Positions 13,090 through 25,588 of a stretch of 64,000 nt of DNA are shown here, piece by piece. Under the pieces are notes generated by a model that was not told the origin of the DNA, made no database searches, and saw nothing but the letters and a program-made list of their open reading frames with translations. The stretch spans positions 28,954,001 to 29,018,000 of the forward strand of contig NC_043018.1 in the NCBI RefSeq assembly GCF_006345805.1. The letters are read 5' to 3'. The position numbers and the translations under genes were made by a program. Source of the stretch: Octopus sinensis. Lineage: Eukaryota. Positions within the stretch are counted from its first letter, which is position 1. Each line of letters begins with the position of its first letter.

Positions 13090-13386
13090 TTGTTCCTTCT
13101 CGAGCCACGCCTGGCTCATAGAGCCAGTTTTCCATTTTCCTTGGCGTATAGGTTCCCCACCTGGACGGGACGCCGGTCCGTCGCAGGTGAGCTGCAAGAT
13201 GCAGGAGGAAAGATTGAGAGAAAGTTGTGGTGAAAGAGTCAGCAGAAGTTCGCCATTACCTTCTGCCGGAGCCGCATGGAGCTTAGATGTTTTCGCTCAT
13301 AAACACACACATCTCCCGGTCTGAGATTCGAACCTGCGATCCCTCGACCGCAAGTCTGCTGCACTAACTAGTAGGTCATGTGCCTC

Positions 13387-13389
<3 letters not shown>
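13090..13389 (-). mobile_element. SINE family C variant (same head, different 3' half)
   Basis: Head matches family C; 3' half matches 60705-61003 rather than 8472-8850. Confidence 0.75.
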
Positions 13390-13446
<57 letters not shown>

Positions 13447-14439
13447 ATATATATATATATATATTATATATACATATACATTATACATATACAGTATATA
13501 TATATTTATACACACAAACACACACACATATATATATATATGTTTATGTATATGTATATATATGCACATGTATATATATACTTACAGACATGCTGTTATA
13601 TATGTATTCATAATAAGGTGTGGGTGAAGACGAAGCTACGACACCGAGTGTACATACATAAATTTGCATATAAATATACTGACGTACACTAAAAGCATAT
13701 TCGATATTTAGATATGATATGTAATTACATATTTATGCAAATATTATGTACTTACATACATGCGTGTGTGCGCGTGTGTATATGTCTACGTGTTCGAGAG
13801 CGTGTGTGTGTGCGTATGCGTATGCATATACGCTTGTGTGTGAATAGACGGGGAGCTAGACTGATCGATTGGGGCTTTACATAATGAGACAGACAAGTTT
13901 AAAATCGTTAAAATTGGTTGAAGAAACAGATGCCATGACCATAGCTATTGCTTCAATTACAATATTTCACATAAAAACGATTTTATTACACCAGAATTCT
14001 TTGATGTCTCTCGCAGAACTTTGTTAAAATCGATCCAAGACATTGGTTTGCTTCGATTATTAGCAATTCTCTCTTAGTGACCTGACATTAGTAATTCCAT
14101 TTGAAATATACGTTTTACATTCAGTAATAAAACTGTTGTATTTTATAAAACTATTATTTGAGGTTTGTCTTTTATACGTTAAGAATTACTAATGTTATTC
14201 GTAGAATAGTTGTGTATGTTATAAATATTAAATACTATGAGATTTTCTGAAGTCTGTCATAAAACCTGGAAAGGAAGAAGCTTAAATAATGCTGTTTGTA
14301 GGAAATGTTATATAGTTTTTGCAACGAAACACACACACACACACACACACACATAGCTAGATAGATAGAAAGGTAGAAAGATAGAAAGATAGATAGATAT
14401 ACACATATTCATGTACATATATACATGCATACATACGTT

Positions 14440-14715
14440 TATTCTTTTACTTGTTTCAGTCATTTGACTGCGCCCATGATGGAGCACCGCTTTTCAGTCG
14501 AAGAAATCGACTCAAGGACTTATTCTTTGAAAGCCTGGTACATGTTCTATCGTTCACTTTTGTCAAACCACTAGGTCAAGGGTGTGTAAACCCAACAAAA
14601 TCGGTTGTCAAGCTATGTAGAGGGGCAAACATAAACACAAATACATACGCACATAAATAAATACACACACATATATCTTTTACAACGGGCTTCTTTCAGT
14701 TTCTGTCTAAGAAAT
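14440..14715 (-). mobile_element. SINE family B, 3' part
   Basis: Matches the family B tail and core. Confidence 0.75.
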
Positions 14716-14734
14716 GCAACCTTTTCAATAGTCT

Positions 14735-15026
14735 TGACTCTCTTCGGGTGCATAGTGGGGTAGTCTATAGTTACCTCGATACTTTGGTGGATGGAGTTAG
14801 CTATTTGCTGGATGCTCGCCATCACGTTCTTCTCACTTTCTACATTACCGTCACTAGAGTTGGTCCTAACTATGATATTAACGTCATCTGCATAGCTACT
14901 GTAGAATAGAAGAGTTGTGGACTGTTCTGCTAACATTTGTTTAAGTTTTTTGTCCCACCAGGTCAGGAAGAGCCCAGGAAGATCTCTAGCTCTACCCATA
15001 CCGATGGCTGCACCTTGAACCTGCAT
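14735..15026 (-). pseudogene. Penelope-like reverse transcriptase fragment (motifs B' to D)
   Basis: QVQGAAIGMG...LFLTWWDK...FYSSYADDVNII...IANSIHQSIEVTIDYPTMHP shows the QxxGxxIG and YADD motifs plus a PLE-type TxDxP segment. Confidence 0.75.
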
Positions 15027-15180
15027 GTATATTGAAGACTATTGAAAAGGTTACAAGACGCAACGAAAATTTTAGGAAAATAAAATTAAGAAATAAGTGG
15101 AAATTTTACCGTTGAATGTGTTACATTATAAGTCCCAAAAAGAAAATGACTCACCCCAGACACAACGGAGTATATTTATA

Positions 15181-15297
<117 letters not shown>

Positions 15298-15303
15298 CAT
15301 ACA

Positions 15304-15558
15304 TAAATTAAATTAGAGATAAAACCACTATTAGGCAACTCAAACAGTGATAGACATAAACCAAAACATAAAACATAAAAAATAAATATAATTAATATAA
15401 TATATAATATATATATATTTAAAATATAAAATTTTAAATTTCATATATATATATTATATATTATATTAATTATATTTATTTTTTTGATTTTTATGTTCTG
15501 GTTTATGTCTATCACTGTTTGAGTTGCCTAATAGTGGTTTTATCTCTAATTTAATTTA
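15304..15558. repeat. Inverted repeat (~110-bp arms around an AT-rich spacer)
   Basis: taaattaaattagagataaaaccactattaggcaactcaaacagtgatagacataaacc is mirrored at 15500-15558. Confidence 0.88.
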
Positions 15559-16336
15559 TATTTATACTGTGAAATTTGATTTAACGCTAAATCTAATTTT
15601 CCCTTGTAAGTTTGGATATACTCCCTAATAAAAAAAAAAAAAAGATATATATATTTCGCTGGGAATCGAACTCACCATTAGAAATATAATTGCTAGTGTT
15701 CGGTTTAGAGCTCCAGGATTATCATCTGCTGCAACTGTAGGTTTTCGTTGCTTCTATACTTACTAATATTATATATATAAAGACATTATTTTCTGCACTA
15801 CATTATAAGCACAAAATTCATTAAAAGATAACATGAGCATATCTACGTGCATACATGTATACATATATGCATACACACATACAAGCCTACATATATTAGT
15901 ATTCATGCGATGATAAAAGCTTAGTTTCAGCAACGCTAATCAACACCGCGACTATAGATTGCTATTAAATTTATTTATCATTTCGTCATAAACATCGTGA
16001 TTAATCTCATAACACGTTTTTCTCTTCCCTAGAAGATCTGGTACTACTTAATGAAAATAGATTCCATGTATTTCAAATTGATATAAAAAAGTTACCTAAG
16101 AAAGCAATAGATTAAATCCATGCGAATGTTTTAAACTAATTAATTTATTTTCGGATTAATCATTGCAAAATGAACGAAAACTTGGGTATAGTGTACAAAA
16201 ACACTAATTATGTTGGAAGTTAAACTCTGGTGTACAAGCTGTACGCGTTAAACACGGTTAAACACGGTGTACAAGGAGGTGTTGAGAAATTTCTGGCTTT
16301 GGGTAAAAGAAAATACAGGAGGATTAGTTATTTGGA

Positions 16337-16702
16337 AGCACTCCGTCGGTTAGGACGATGAGGGTTCCGGTTGATCCGATCAACGGAACAGCCTGCTCGT
16401 GAAATTAATGTGTAAGTGGCTGAGCACTCCACAGACACGTGTACCCTTAACGTAGTTCTCTGGGATATTCAGCGTGACACAGAAAGTGACAAGGCCGGCC
16501 CTTTGACATACAGGTACAACAGAAACAGGAAGTAAGAGTGAGAGAAAGTTGTGGTGAAAGAGTACAGCAGGGATCACCACCATCCCCTGCCGGAGCCTCG
16601 TGGAGCTTTAGGTGTTTTCGCTCAATAAACACTCACAACGCCCGGTCTGGGAATCGAAACCGCGAGTCCGCTGCCCTAACCACTAGGCCATTGTGCCTCC
16701 AC
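16337..16702 (-). mobile_element. SINE family C, full length
   Basis: Colinear with 8472-8850. Confidence 0.9.
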
Positions 16703-16868
16703 ATTAGTTATTTAAGGTTGTGTTCAACGTATTTCCCTCTCAGATTCACACATTTATAGTAGTTGCCCCTCAGTTTATCTAAGCCCTGAAAAAGATCTCA
16801 GAAGTTTGTGCCACCAGCCAGGCCTTTCGTAATATCCTTAAAGCTAAGAACTTTGTAGCATACCCTCG

Positions 16869-17060
16869 TATACATACATACATACATACATACATACATA
16901 CATACATACATACATACATACATACATACATACATACATACATACATACATACATACATACATACATACATACATACATACACATACATACATACATACA
17001 TACATACATACATACATACATACATACATACATACATACATACATACATACATACATACA

Positions 17061-17090
<30 letters not shown>
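16869..17090. repeat. (TACA)n microsatellite, ~220 bp
   Basis: Direct reading; it generates the MYVC-repeat ORFs. Confidence 0.97.
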
Positions 17091-17092
<2 letters not shown>

Positions 17093-17542
17093 AATAATCC
17101 GACACAGAATATGTCAAGGCTGACCCTTTGAAATACCAATAAAACTCATTCTTCCCAGGGGATTCGACTTGAACAGCATAAAATAAAGTGTCTTGCTCCA
17201 GGATAAAACACGTTGCCGAGAATCGAACTCACGGCCTTCCGAACATGAACCGAATATCAAACCACTAAGCCACGCGCCTCGTGCAAATATTCCAAGAGTC
17301 CAAGTTGTTCTTCGGCGTAAATTTCTTTTGAGTCAATAAAATATTTCATTGCATTGAACCCACGTTTAAGTGCTATCAGCCACATCAGAACCCAGCTGCA
17401 CTTATAGATTTTTGTATACGCGTTTACTTTTCCCAAGAAGGAAGTTATATGGGGAACTCGAGGTCCTTCACTGCCAGTGGTTCACATGCCAGTGGTTCAC
17501 ATGCCAGTTAACCCATACGTAGGACCAGGTGTTAATATTCCG

Positions 17543-17960
17543 GGCGGCGAGCTGGCAGAAACGTTAGCACGCCGGGGGAAATGCTTAACGATATTTCATC
17601 TGCCGCTACGCTCTGAGTTCAAATTCCACCGAGGTCGGCTTTGCCTTCCATCCTTTCGGGGTCGATAAATTAAGTACCAGTTACGCACTGGGGTCGATGT
17701 ACTCGATTTGATCCGTTTGTCTGTCCTTGTTTGTCCCCTCTATGTTTAGCCCCTTGTGGGTAGGAAAGAAAAAGATATTTCGTCTGCCGTTATGCTCTGT
17801 GTTCAAACTCCGCCGAAATCGACTTTGCCTTGCATCCTTTCGAGATCGATTAAATAAGTACCAGTTACGCACTGGGGTCGATGTAATCGACTAAATCTCT
17901 TTGTTTGTCCTTGTTTGTCCCCCCTATGTTTAGCCCCCCTGCGGACAAAAAAGAAATAAA
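17543..17960 (+). mobile_element. SINE family A, one full copy followed by a second 5'-truncated copy
   Basis: 17543-17770 and 17775-17960 both match 3492-3716. Confidence 0.85.
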
Positions 17961-18482
17961 TATTCCCGGTCAGATAAGACACTGGGACAATAGTGGCTAA
18001 GAAGTGGTTCCGCATACCCCAAAACACTGGAACTCCATCAGAAAGTCCCCACTACCGTACACGGTTTAAAGTAATATGTATGTATTTATAAACATCCATC
18101 CAACCATTCACCCAACCATCCAACCATTCATTCATTCATTCATTCATACGTACATGCCTACATACACGTATACTTACATACATAAATACATGCATACATA
18201 TATACATAAAATACATACGCAGGAATATGATATTTACCCCCCATTATTTTAGATGGAAGTAATTTGAAAAATTAAATTGACATGAATAGAATGGTGCTAA
18301 ATGTAACAGTTTCGAAGCCAGAAAATTAATTTTGTATTAGAAACAAAAGAAAATTTACGGATAAATTTATCACAACCTAACTGAAGTTTATTTGTTTTCT
18401 GGTATTTTTCCTACCTAAATTTACAGAGCTGGATTTACCGAAAATTTATTTCAGATTCTTCACTATTACATACACACAAACA

Positions 18483-18562
<80 letters not shown>

Positions 18563-19791
18563 ATATATATATATAATATATATATATATATATACATAGA
18601 AATATGGCGCTCCTCAAATTTAACCTTTGAACGTTGGTATTTATCTCTTTGCCTCTCTTGATGCAAAAACAAAAGCGAAAAAAGATAAAAGTATAAGAAA
18701 AAGAGAATCTAAGCAATATAGATTATTTGGCTATCAGTGTTCGATGCAACTACAATTAAATTGTAAAAGTCAAAAATAAGCAACCATTCTGAAATGTTAC
18801 ACCTCGAAGGCTGCTAAGTTTGTACTTGGAGATGAAGCAGTGTTTATGACTTAATAATCCTAGGTTTTGTTGGGTGATTTATTATTTTTGTTTTGCTGGG
18901 TTTTACTATCGATTGTCTTTGGTCGGCATTCCACCAGATTATGAATCTAAAAGACTACAAGCTGAAGATTTATTACCGTTTATACAAACGATGTTGACTA
19001 AATGGGAAGAAATAATAATAAAATTTGATCTACACCAAAAGAATGTCTGATGGATATCACATGGTTTCCTACGTTTAAATTCGCTCTTGTGTATTTGAGA
19101 AGTGTAATAGAAGATTTGTTATGCTCGTATAGAATATCTTGTTCACTGTGGAGTGTTTCAGAGGACGAGTCAATTATGGTATGTCTTTATGAAAGATTTC
19201 CTATCCCTACCTATTAAAATGCTCACGCAGGCACACACCATTCACACATACTTACACATTCACACACCCAAACAAAGATACACACGAATACACACGCAGT
19301 TGCACATATACACGTACCTCTCACACACTCTAACGTGAGGATGGAAAGAAGGTCCTGGTCGCATGTCAAGATGGTGCGTAGAAAGAAACAAATGCTTCTT
19401 TGGTCTTCACACTGCAGTGCTTGATATGAGTCTGATTTAAACTCATTTTAAAAGATTAAAATCAATAGGATTTTTAGCACTTCAGTGTAAAGTTGTATAC
19501 AAAGAGAGAATGGAAGATGTGAAAAATTAACGCTCATTTTAACCAAACTCTTTTAAAACGTTCAAGCAAATGGATCCTTTCTTTTCGATATAGCTGCAAG
19601 TGAGGCTGTGTGATAAGAAACTTCTTTCCCTACCACATGGTAACGTGTTCATTCCTTCTCCAAGACACCTTGGGTAACTGGTTTCTACTACACCCACGGG
19701 CTGACCAAAGACTTGTAAGTGTATTTGGTAGACAGAAACTGAAATTAGCCCATCGTATACATATATGTATGTATATATTTATGTATGCATG

Positions 19792-19923
<132 letters not shown>

Positions 19924-20064
19924 TTATTGAAATGAATTATCTTGTTACGGATTATTCAAAATTTAACCGATACCTGGGTAGCAAAAATCACAACAGAAAA
20001 AACACGGTTGAGGTTACGACCATGGGGTGTCGCAACCGTGCCTTAGCGCGGATAATTGAAGTTT

Positions 20065-20721
20065 TATATATTTAGTGAAGGGAAGAAATGGATCTGAACG
20101 AAGATTCTACAAAATTCCTTTTTATTATTTTCTACACATGTTTCAAAGGCTGCAAATTTCCAAATTCGGATTGAATAAGGAGACCATTTTGCAGCTTTCT
20201 CTTCAGGAAAAACAGGAATTTAAATCTCCAAACAAATGCGCAGCAAGCTATTCGAACAAAACGCTCCCTAGGAGCCCGTGGTAAGGCACTAAACTGTCTC
20301 TCAATGTGCGTTGACGTCAGGGTGGGTGAAGGCCGACGAAAAAATCCATTGGAATAAATCGAGGTCAAACTGCGGTTAAATTTGGTAGGGGAAGAATTCC
20401 GGAAAACCAAAGAGTGTGAATATATTCTGTATAACTAATGTTAATGTTCGAATTGTTTTAAGAATGAAAGCTATCTTATTTGGGTGTGAGAAACTATTTA
20501 CATGTATGTGTGTGTGCGCCTGTGTATGTGTGGCAGTATGTTAGGAAGCAGCTAGAGGGAAGATATATTGCAGATATTGTAGGTCAAGCGGCTGATAAAA
20601 GCCTGTGTCTGTGTGTTCGTCTGTGGTCAGTTTATACACAGATGACATGTCAAACAAGGGGAGTATAATCCCTGATATTGTTTCTAAATAAGTAGCAGAT
20701 CATACGCTAAAAGGGGAGTAA
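20065..20721. repeat. Left arm of 657-bp inverted repeat
   Basis: Reverse complement of 21367-22023; five substitutions seen by eye. Confidence 0.95.
20128..20211 (-). ncRNA. Type I minimal hammerhead ribozyme (same strand as, and downstream of, the EN frame)
   Basis: Stem I ttttc/gaaaa; CTGAAGA; stem II aaagctgcaaa/tttgcagc(c)ttt; GAAAC-ATGT-GTA with palindromic ACATGT. Confidence 0.82.
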
Positions 20722-20817
20722 TTTCCCTTTACAAATTTAATTCAAAATTTTTTCCAAATTTTTTCCAAAATTTTTTTTTCTTTTCTTAGGACATCAAGGT
20801 GTTAATTATCTTAGGCT

Positions 20818-21303
20818 TCAATTGTATGTAAGAAATGTGTGCCGCCTCCAGTGGGAACATCTGGAAGAGTTTTGCAAAATTGCGTTAACTAGCTGCCCTC
20901 GGGCGAACAAAATGTTTAAAAGTTCAGAGTTGCAGAGATTACAGATTCTTTTGCCTCTATCAAACGGTGCAGACACCGATAAAATCGACCATTCCAGTCT
21001 AAATGCTGAATTCGCGTTCTTCAAACGCCAGATTAATTTACTCAGTCCGGTCGCGTGTTGTTTTCTAAAATCGCGAAATGTTGTGAAGTGGTTCGATATT
21101 CTCACGGCCAATTTTGATGATGACGCTCCGATATACAAGTAGACATCTGATTCAGTATAAACTCTGCATTGGTAAATGGCATTTCTAATCTTGGAATTGC
21201 TAGATAAGAACCTTATTCTATTGGGATTGGCTTCAGATATTAATACGGCGTTCTTATTACTATGATGATTGCGAGAACTGCGGCTGTCTTCGTCATTATA
21301 CAC
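20818..21303 (-). CDS. GIY-YIG endonuclease of Penelope-like type (open frame, no in-frame ATG)
   Basis: NAIYQCRV...YLYIGASSSKLAVRISNH...TGLSKLIWRLK...LEWSIL...ICNLCNSE...LVN...SRCSH. The ORF-track start is GTG; the frame stays open to a TAA at 21355-21357. Confidence 0.8.
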   Translation of the reverse strand: MYNDEDSRSSRNHHSNKNAVLISEANPNRIRFLSSNSKIRNAIYQCRVYTESDVYLYIGASSSKLAVRISNHFTTFRDFRKQHATGLSKLIWRLKNANSAFRLEWSILSVSAPFDRGKRICNLCNSELLNILFARGQLVNAILQNSSRCSHWRRHTFLTYN

Positions 21304-21366
21304 CCCATTATCAATACTATTTAATGGAATATCACCTGTATATTCCCTGTATATTTACCTGTATAT

Positions 21367-22023
21367 TTACTCCCCTTTTAGCGTGTGATCTGCTACTTAT
21401 TTAGAAACAATATCAGGGATTATACTCCCCTTGTTTGACATGTTATCTGTGTATAAACTGACCACAGACGAACACACAGACACAGGCTTTTATCAGCCGC
21501 TTGACCTACAATATCTGCAATATATCTTCCCTCTAGCTGCTTCCTAACATACTGCCACACATACACAGGCGCACACACACATACATGTAAATAGTTTCTC
21601 ACACCCAAATAAGATAGCTTTCATTCTTAAAACAATTCGAACATTAACATTAGTTATACAGAATATATTCACACTCTTTGGTTTTCCGGAATTCTTCCCC
21701 TACCAAATTTAACCGCAGTTTGACCTCGATTTATTCCAACGGATTTTTTCGTCGGCCTTCACCCACCCTGACGTCAACGCACATTGAGAGACAGTTTAGT
21801 GCCTTACCATGGGCTCCTAGGGAGCGTTTTGTTCGAATAGCTTGCTGCGCATTTGTTTGGAGATTTAAATTCCTGTTTTTCCTGAAGAGAAAGCTGCAAA
21901 ATGGTCTCCTTATTCAATCCGAATTTGGAAATTTGCAGCCTTTGAAACATGTGTAGAAAATAATAAAAAGGAATTTTGTAGAATCTTCGTTCAGCTCCAT
22001 TTCTTCCCTTCACTAAATATATA
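21367..22023. repeat. Right arm of 657-bp inverted repeat
   Basis: Reverse complement of 20065-20721. Confidence 0.95.
21877..21960 (+). ncRNA. Type I minimal hammerhead ribozyme (mirror copy)
   Basis: ttttc-CTGAAGA(21882-21888)-stem II-GAAAC(21944-21948)-ATGT-GTA-gaaaa. Confidence 0.82.
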
Positions 22024-22094
22024 TATATATATATATTTATGTATGTATGTATATATGTATGTACACATATGTATGTATGTGTGTATGTATGATA

Positions 22095-22290
22095 GATCGG
22101 TAGCCACTACACAACTTTTTTCTCTCCATGTTTCTCTCCTTGTTTTTTTTTTCTATGTCCATGTCTGTAGAAGAGCGTAGGCTCGAAACGTAAAATACTT
22201 TTTCAATTCCTGAGCGTTATACTAATACATCTGTTTGTTTTCTACACCACCCATCTTCGTATTTTTTTTTTCGTGAACTCTTCCCCCTAT
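22095..22290 (+). repeat. Short interspersed repeat family D (ctgtagaagagcgtaggctcgaaacgtaaaa core)
   Basis: Same sequence at 38470-38690 (-) and 63785-64000 (+). Confidence 0.8.
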
Positions 22291-22311
22291 ATATATATAT
22301 ATATATATATA

Positions 22312-22447
22312 CTTTATTTTAAGCAGCAGAAAATTCAACAAAATCTGTTACTCTGAGTTTCTCGTTGCCGTTTCTCGTTGCTGATGAACGGCAACGAGAA
22401 ACTCAGAGTAACAGATTTTGTTGAATTTTCTGCTGCTTAAAATAAAG
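22312..22447. repeat. Perfect 61-bp inverted repeat with 14-bp spacer, overlapping a hammerhead core
   Basis: 22312-22372 is the exact reverse complement of 22387-22447; CTGATGA-acg-gcaa-cga-GAAAC-tcag-AGTA at 22381-22410. Confidence 0.92.
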
Positions 22448-23147
22448 CATATTACTCTACCACTGGTATTTGAGTACTCTTTTTTCCACCTTGTTTCACA
22501 TTTATGTGTTTACTCCGGTATATATATATATATATATACGTAGAAAAGTTTCTTTGTATATTGTTTTGGCATTAATCAGAAGTGCTCAGATAAGAGACCC
22601 GAGACGCAAAAGTATTTTAAAATGTTAAGGAGAATTTCAGATAGGTTCACCAATTTATTTATACATATATTCTGCCATAGATCAATGCACATAAGTCTTT
22701 AAAAAATACTAATGTATCAGTGGTTAAAATATTACAACATATTAAATATTCATGAGTACACAAATATATAAAGATCTAATATACATATAAATATATAAAT
22801 AGATGGGTGTAAATAGGTAAGAACGGCTCTTCGGAAGACTTTGATTTATTCACCTTTTTGTAAGGGCATACTTTCATTCTTAACAATTTTTACAACGCCC
22901 CGTTCTAACCTACTTACACCAATGTATTTATATATGCATATTAGGTTTTTGTTACATATTTGTGTATTCATAAATTTTTAAAATGTTTTAATATTTTAAT
23001 AACTTTAATATACATTGGTATATTTCAAACACTGATATGCATTGATCTATGGCAGAATATATGTATAAATAAATTGTTGAGCCTATCTGGAATTCTCCTT
23101 AAAATTTTATATATATATATATACATACATACATATATATATATATA

Positions 23148-23543
23148 CTAGCAGTATCGCCCGGCGTTGCTCGGGTTTGTAAGGGAAATAACTATATAAG
23201 CATTTTTAGAGAGTTATAGCCAAAAAATAGGAAAAAAATGCATTAAAAATGGAAAAAAAATTAAGTAAATTTCTTTTTAAATCGTTGACACATCGTAGAT
23301 ATTTTTAGAGAGTTACTTCCCTTACATAATAGCCAAAAAAATGCATTAAAATGGAAAAATATGATGGTAAATTTTTTTAAATCGTAGACTCATCGTAGAC
23401 GCGCGCTAATACCCAGAAGGGCTCGATATGAATCACGACTATAAGATACCCGGTTTTGGTTACACTGCACCGCAAAATGTGGGAGTCGATTCGAATCTAA
23501 ATCGTAGGAGACAGACACACAACTTCACTCTTATATATAAAGA
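23148..23543 (-). mobile_element. Non-autonomous Helitron
   Basis: Reverse complement of 2933-3327 with TC and hairpin-CTAG termini. Confidence 0.85.
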
Positions 23544-24649
23544 TATAAGTCACGTAGTTATATACACATACTTTGTTATATACACATTCTTAAAAGAAAA
23601 TGTTATTTTGAATACAACATTTATAAAGAATAAAATATTTTTTGGTTTTTCTTAACCCTTTCGTTACTATATTTCTGACCAAATTACACCCCTTATGTGT
23701 TTCAATTAATTTCTAAAGTAATCATAAATTTAGTCTGGTTTCATTAAACAACTATAACTTTTTTATTTATCAATATATTAATCTGATTTTTGGAAGATAA
23801 TTTAATGAAATATTCTCAACCAATTCTACACCATAATTTTTGTCACAAAGTGACTCTAATTGCAGGTAGATACAGGTAAATTCAACAATATATAAAATTA
23901 CTAAAATTTTGTTCAAACATTGCTATAGAAAATGGGTTATTAGCTAATATTCAATTGGGTATACAACAAAATTTTACGATAGAATTTGTTATTCTGGGTA
24001 ACTTTCTGATACCCATAATAATATTTATGGCAAAATAGGCCTTAATTTAATTTTTAAGGTTGTGGGAAATAACAAACTATCCTTTCTTTCGCTTTGTTTA
24101 CGTTTAGCGTAATGATTTCAAATAGGCTCATTCGAAAAAGTAAAAAGAAATAGTTTAAGGCTTTATACTCTTCTGGGAAAGTCTGTGGCTTTCTGGAAAG
24201 AAACAGTTTTTAAATTTTCACTCCATTCAGGTACCAATTCATTTTCTTAATCGCTGTCGGATTCACTGTTTTCACTTTAATAGCTGCCAACTTGCAAAGA
24301 CAAAGGAGGAGAAGGGTGATAGCGTCAGTGAAACAGTCGCTCCCTTTGTGTGTGTGTGCGTTTGCGTGTGGTGTATCCCACATTAAGAAAAACATTTGAC
24401 ATATACACCAGAATGTGAGTTTTCTCTAAATTTTGCTTAATTGGGGTTGAAATTTTAAAAACCGGACCTGGCATGACCCGATGCATTCTACTCTTAAAAA
24501 TGCTAGGTAAATTGTAATTGAAGAAATCCTATATTGTAGATTTCTATAACTTACAAAGGGAGGCAGATAAAATCTGCCTTTTATAATAAGATATATATAT
24601 ATATATATGTATGCATATATGTATATATGTATATATATATATATATATA

Positions 24650-24709
<60 letters not shown>

Positions 24710-24747
24710 ATATATTATATATATATATATGATCTCAACTTGCTCAC

Positions 24748-24789
24748 AACTGCCCGACGAACGGGAACATGAAACTCTGAGTAGCAGTT
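24748..24789 (+). ncRNA. Hammerhead-like motif (U4C core variant)
   Basis: Stem I aactgc/gcagtt; CCGACGA; stem II acg-GGAA-cat (one mismatch, GNRA loop); GAAAC-TCTGA-GTA; same family as the 22381 motif. Confidence 0.6.
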
Positions 24790-25129
24790 TTTCTAATATT
24801 TCTGCACCTTTATAAGCAGCATAGTACTAGTTTTCCCACTTTCTTTTGCATCACAAGATGAGGACAAATATCTGTCAAATGTAAATAATGTAAATAATGT
24901 GCATTATTCCTTATCTTTCAAACTGCAAGTCTGAGGTTATATTTTTGTATTTAATTATAGTTGTGATGTTTATATATTTGTTTATACAACAATGACACCC
25001 TTGTAATCAAGTGAAGACTCGGCAAAGCCAAGAATGCTGTGATATCGGTAAACAGCATGTGGGAAAATAAGACCAGTTCCATACGAACAAAACAAAGCAA
25101 CTCCTCAATTCATTGGTATTAAGTACAGC

Positions 25130-25480
25130 CAGCTAAGGAGCTGAATGCTGGATTATTTGGAAAATTGATAAAAGGGAAAAGTGAAGCATTTGAATAATGG
25201 TGTTTTAGACGCATTCTCAGAATAATCTGGGAGCATAAAACAGCCAATGAGTGAGTCCTTACCAAGATAAAATTCTTGGAAAGAGTTAAATACTACCGCA
25301 AAAAGCAAAATGAACATTTGTCGGTCATCACTTAGAAAACAAGACCTTGTTAATCCCGGTTAACAGATGCGGTATATGAAGAAAAAAAAAAGAGGAAGCC
25401 CCAAAACTAGGTTTAGCGATAATAGCAAAGGAGCTAGAAGCAAATGTTTTTTCAGAAATATGCAGACTGGCACAGAGCAG
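25130..25480 (+). mobile_element. RTE-clade LINE fragment (post-RT region), degenerate
   Basis: AECW...EAFE*WCFRRILRIIW...KRGSPKTRFSDN resembles RTE E.W...AFEMWC.RR.LRI.W...RGRP..RW.D. Confidence 0.6.
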
Positions 25481-25588
25481 GTATAGGTAGATGGGGCTGC
25501 AGAGGCACAATTATTTGAGGTATTCTTTAAAAAAAAAAGACTTCCGCTTTTCAGTTAGTTCTGTAGTGTATTTGTTTGCGTCAGTAAA

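Noticed and set aside
20075-22013. Paired ORFs in the inverted arms (MVFRNSSPTK..., MGVRNYLHV..., MKGRNG...)
   Set aside because: They recur only because the arms are duplicated; no recognisable domain.
23652-24060. TTAA|CCCTTTCG piggyBac-like end
   Set aside because: No matching right TIR or TTAA found, so the element cannot be delimited.
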